A stretch of 64,000 nt of DNA. It comes from an uncultured Blastocatellia bacterium (GTDB lineage: Bacteria > Acidobacteriota > Blastocatellia > HR10). Under the pieces are notes generated by a model. It had not been told where the DNA came from and ran no database searches. It saw only the letters and a list, made by a program, of their open reading frames with translations. How positions within the stretch are numbered: the first letter of the stretch is position 1; each line of letters begins with the position of its first letter. The translations under genes and the position numbers were made by a program. Shown in pieces: positions 62,373 through 64,000 of the stretch. The stretch is from NCBI GenBank assembly GCA_937934295.1, contig CALHAI010000018.1, positions 966-64,965 on the forward strand, written 5' to 3'.

Positions 62373-63884
62373 TTACGAGAACACACCGAGCGCCTTCAAG
62401 AGCCGTCCGAGTATCCCCCCAATGGCGAAGGCGAAGGGGAGGATGAAGCCGACGATGGCGAAGGCTCGTTTCCACCCCTGCTCCCTCACGATGATGAGGA
62501 GATTCGCCAGGCAGGGGACAAAGAGCGTGATCGTGACCAAAGCGACGATGACCTGCGTCGTCGTCAAGGCGCCTTGACGCGCCAGGTCGAACAGCCCGGC
62601 GGCTCCGTAATCCCGCCGCAAGAAGCCCATGACGAACACGCGGGCGGCCTCCGCCGGCAGAGAGAGCCAGCCGACGACGAGCGGACGCAGGCCGTGTTCG
62701 ATCCACTCGATCCCCGTCCGCGCACCAAACCGCACCTGATCCAAGAGAAAGAGTGCCGACGTCGCCAACAAAAAGAGCGGCACGACCTCGCCCAAGAACC
62801 AGCGCAAGCGCAGTCCCGTCTTCAACAGGATGTTTCGCAAGATCGGGACGCGGAGTGGCGGAAGCTCGAAGATGAAATCGCTCCGCTCGCCCGGGATCAC
62901 TCGCGCCGCGAGGTGTCCGACGAGCACAAGCTGCGAAGCGACAACCCCAAGCACTGTGAGCGTCACCGCAGGGGAATAGGCGGCGGCGATTCCGAGGATC
63001 ACGCCCAACTGGGCTGAGCAAGGGACGCCGAGCGCCAGAAGGAGCGTCGCAATCAGCCGCTCTCGCGGGGAGTTCAGAATGCGCGTGGTCATCGTCGCCA
63101 TCGTATCGCATCCGAGGCCAAGCACCATCGGCAAGACAGCCTTCCCATTGAGTCCCATCAATCGCAGTAACCGATCCGACAGGATCGCCAGACGCGGCAG
63201 ATACCCACTGTCTTCTAACACACCGAAGGCGAGGAAGAATGTCCCTACGACGGGCAGAATAATGGCGAGGGCATAGGTGAGCCCCATGGAGATGAGCCCA
63301 TAAGGGCCTACGAGCAACTCGTGGAGGAAGCCTGAAGGGATCCGAGATCGAAGCCAAGGGATAAGATACGTGCCGAAAAGGACGTCCTCCAACGCGCCCA
63401 CGAGCGTTTGCGCTCCCGTGTACCCGACCAGTTCGTAAACGAGGATCAACATCACTCCGAGAATCGGAATGCCGGTCATCGGTTGGCGCGTCCATCGCCC
63501 CAACTGGTGAAGGAAGCGCGCGCTGTGCCGCATGAGTACGAAGGCAGGAACAAGAAGCGGGGCTAGGAGCACGAGCACGCGCACAGCTTCAACCAGCAAT
63601 CCGTATTCGGGCTTGGCCGGATGACCGAAGAAGAGGCGATGCATGAGATCTAGCCGATGCGCGTGGAAGAGGGCCCACGTGGGTTCGGCCACATATCGCA
63701 AAAGGAGATGGCCAAGCCACATGGCGGGAGTCGGCCAAAGGAGGCGTCCGCCGAGCTCCTCCCAGACCAAGAGGCCCACGCCGCAAAAGAGCAGCCCCAT
63801 CCACATTCGAAAGGCCGAAGGCGTCAGCTCGCGTCGCGGCTGCGCCCCCCCCTCCTTTCTGAGGGTGAGAACCGCCTCCTCCAA
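62373..63884 (-). CDS. feoB: Ferrous iron transporter FeoB, membrane (gate) domain. The N-terminal G-domain is not seen and the frame is open to the window end.
   Basis: FeoB gate motif LAILSDRLLRLMGLNGKAVLPMVLGLGCDTMATMTTR, and about 10 TM helices. The track start at 63884 is a TTG. The same frame has no stop up to position 64000, so the gene may continue beyond the window, or it may be an N-terminally truncated FeoB. Confidence 0.7.
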   Translation of the reverse strand: MEEAVLTLRKEGGAQPRRELTPSAFRMWMGLLFCGVGLLVWEELGGRLLWPTPAMWLGHLLLRYVAEPTWALFHAHRLDLMHRLFFGHPAKPEYGLLVEAVRVLVLLAPLLVPAFVLMRHSARFLHQLGRWTRQPMTGIPILGVMLILVYELVGYTGAQTLVGALEDVLFGTYLIPWLRSRIPSGFLHELLVGPYGLISMGLTYALAIILPVVGTFFLAFGVLEDSGYLPRLAILSDRLLRLMGLNGKAVLPMVLGLGCDTMATMTTRILNSPRERLIATLLLALGVPCSAQLGVILGIAAAYSPAVTLTVLGVVASQLVLVGHLAARVIPGERSDFIFELPPLRVPILRNILLKTGLRLRWFLGEVVPLFLLATSALFLLDQVRFGARTGIEWIEHGLRPLVVGWLSLPAEAARVFVMGFLRRDYGAAGLFDLARQGALTTTQVIVALVTITLFVPCLANLLIIVREQGWKRAFAIVGFILPFAFAIGGILGRLLKALGVFS

Positions 63885-64000
63885 AAACCGCGCGCGAGCG
63901 CGTTCAAGCGCCCAACAGAGCGAGCGTGGGGTCGAACACCCATGGCATCCCCTCGGCGCAGACGAAGGCTCTAGGGCAGGCCGTACATGGGAGAGGCGCG

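Overview
This is a high-GC (about 63-65% by eye) chromosomal segment from a diderm, Gram-negative-type bacterium. The diderm call rests on LPS and outer-membrane genes: lpxK, waaA, lpxD, a fused lptFG, a complete tolQRAB-pal-cpoB cluster, and a beta-barrel outer-membrane protein (OMP). Ribosome-binding sites are GGAGG-like. The organism cannot be named from sequence alone; an Acidobacteriota-like thermophile is plausible.

Gene density is very high: about 53 protein-coding genes and 2 tRNAs (Phe-GAA and Asn-GTT). Most of the listed six-frame ORFs are antisense or alternate-frame artefacts of the high GC content.

Core content, in order:
- A beta-oxidation operon, minus strand: acyl-CoA dehydrogenase, thiolase, 3-hydroxyacyl-CoA dehydrogenase/enoyl-CoA hydratase, acyl-CoA ligase.
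- ctp, lpxK and waaA (translationally coupled), ppdK, recO, tRNA-Phe, purL, efp.
- An operon of 2-oxoacid dehydrogenase E1alpha, E1beta and E2, then a LipB-NUDIX fusion, then a fused LptF-LptG permease.
- greA, thiC.
- A radical-SAM enzyme with an N-terminal zinc ribbon (Tes/MJ0619-like) plus a small conserved partner protein. These abut a degraded mobile-element / AT-rich islet (about 29.6-32.0 kb) that contains a truncated IS4-like transposase, a family of roughly 35-bp inverted repeats forming a MITE-like element, and an orphan nfeD.
- cvpA, purC, tlpA-like, uvrA, gdh, a 12-repeat BNR (Asp-box) protein, a DUF1573-like protein, ssb.
- The Tol-Pal cluster, recN, miaB, a bifunctional-nuclease family protein, parAB, a hypothetical protein, lpxD.
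- xerD, metK-ahcY, an OMP, a sodium:solute symporter, SpoIID/LytB, tRNA-Asn, DtxR/IdeR, feoB (open to the window edge).

No CRISPR array and no rRNA were seen.

The candidates I rate most worth follow-up are:
1. The Tes/Mss-like radical-SAM locus beside the mobile islet.
2. The LipB-NUDIX fusion.
3. An EF-P with Asn at the loop position that is normally a modified Lys/Arg.
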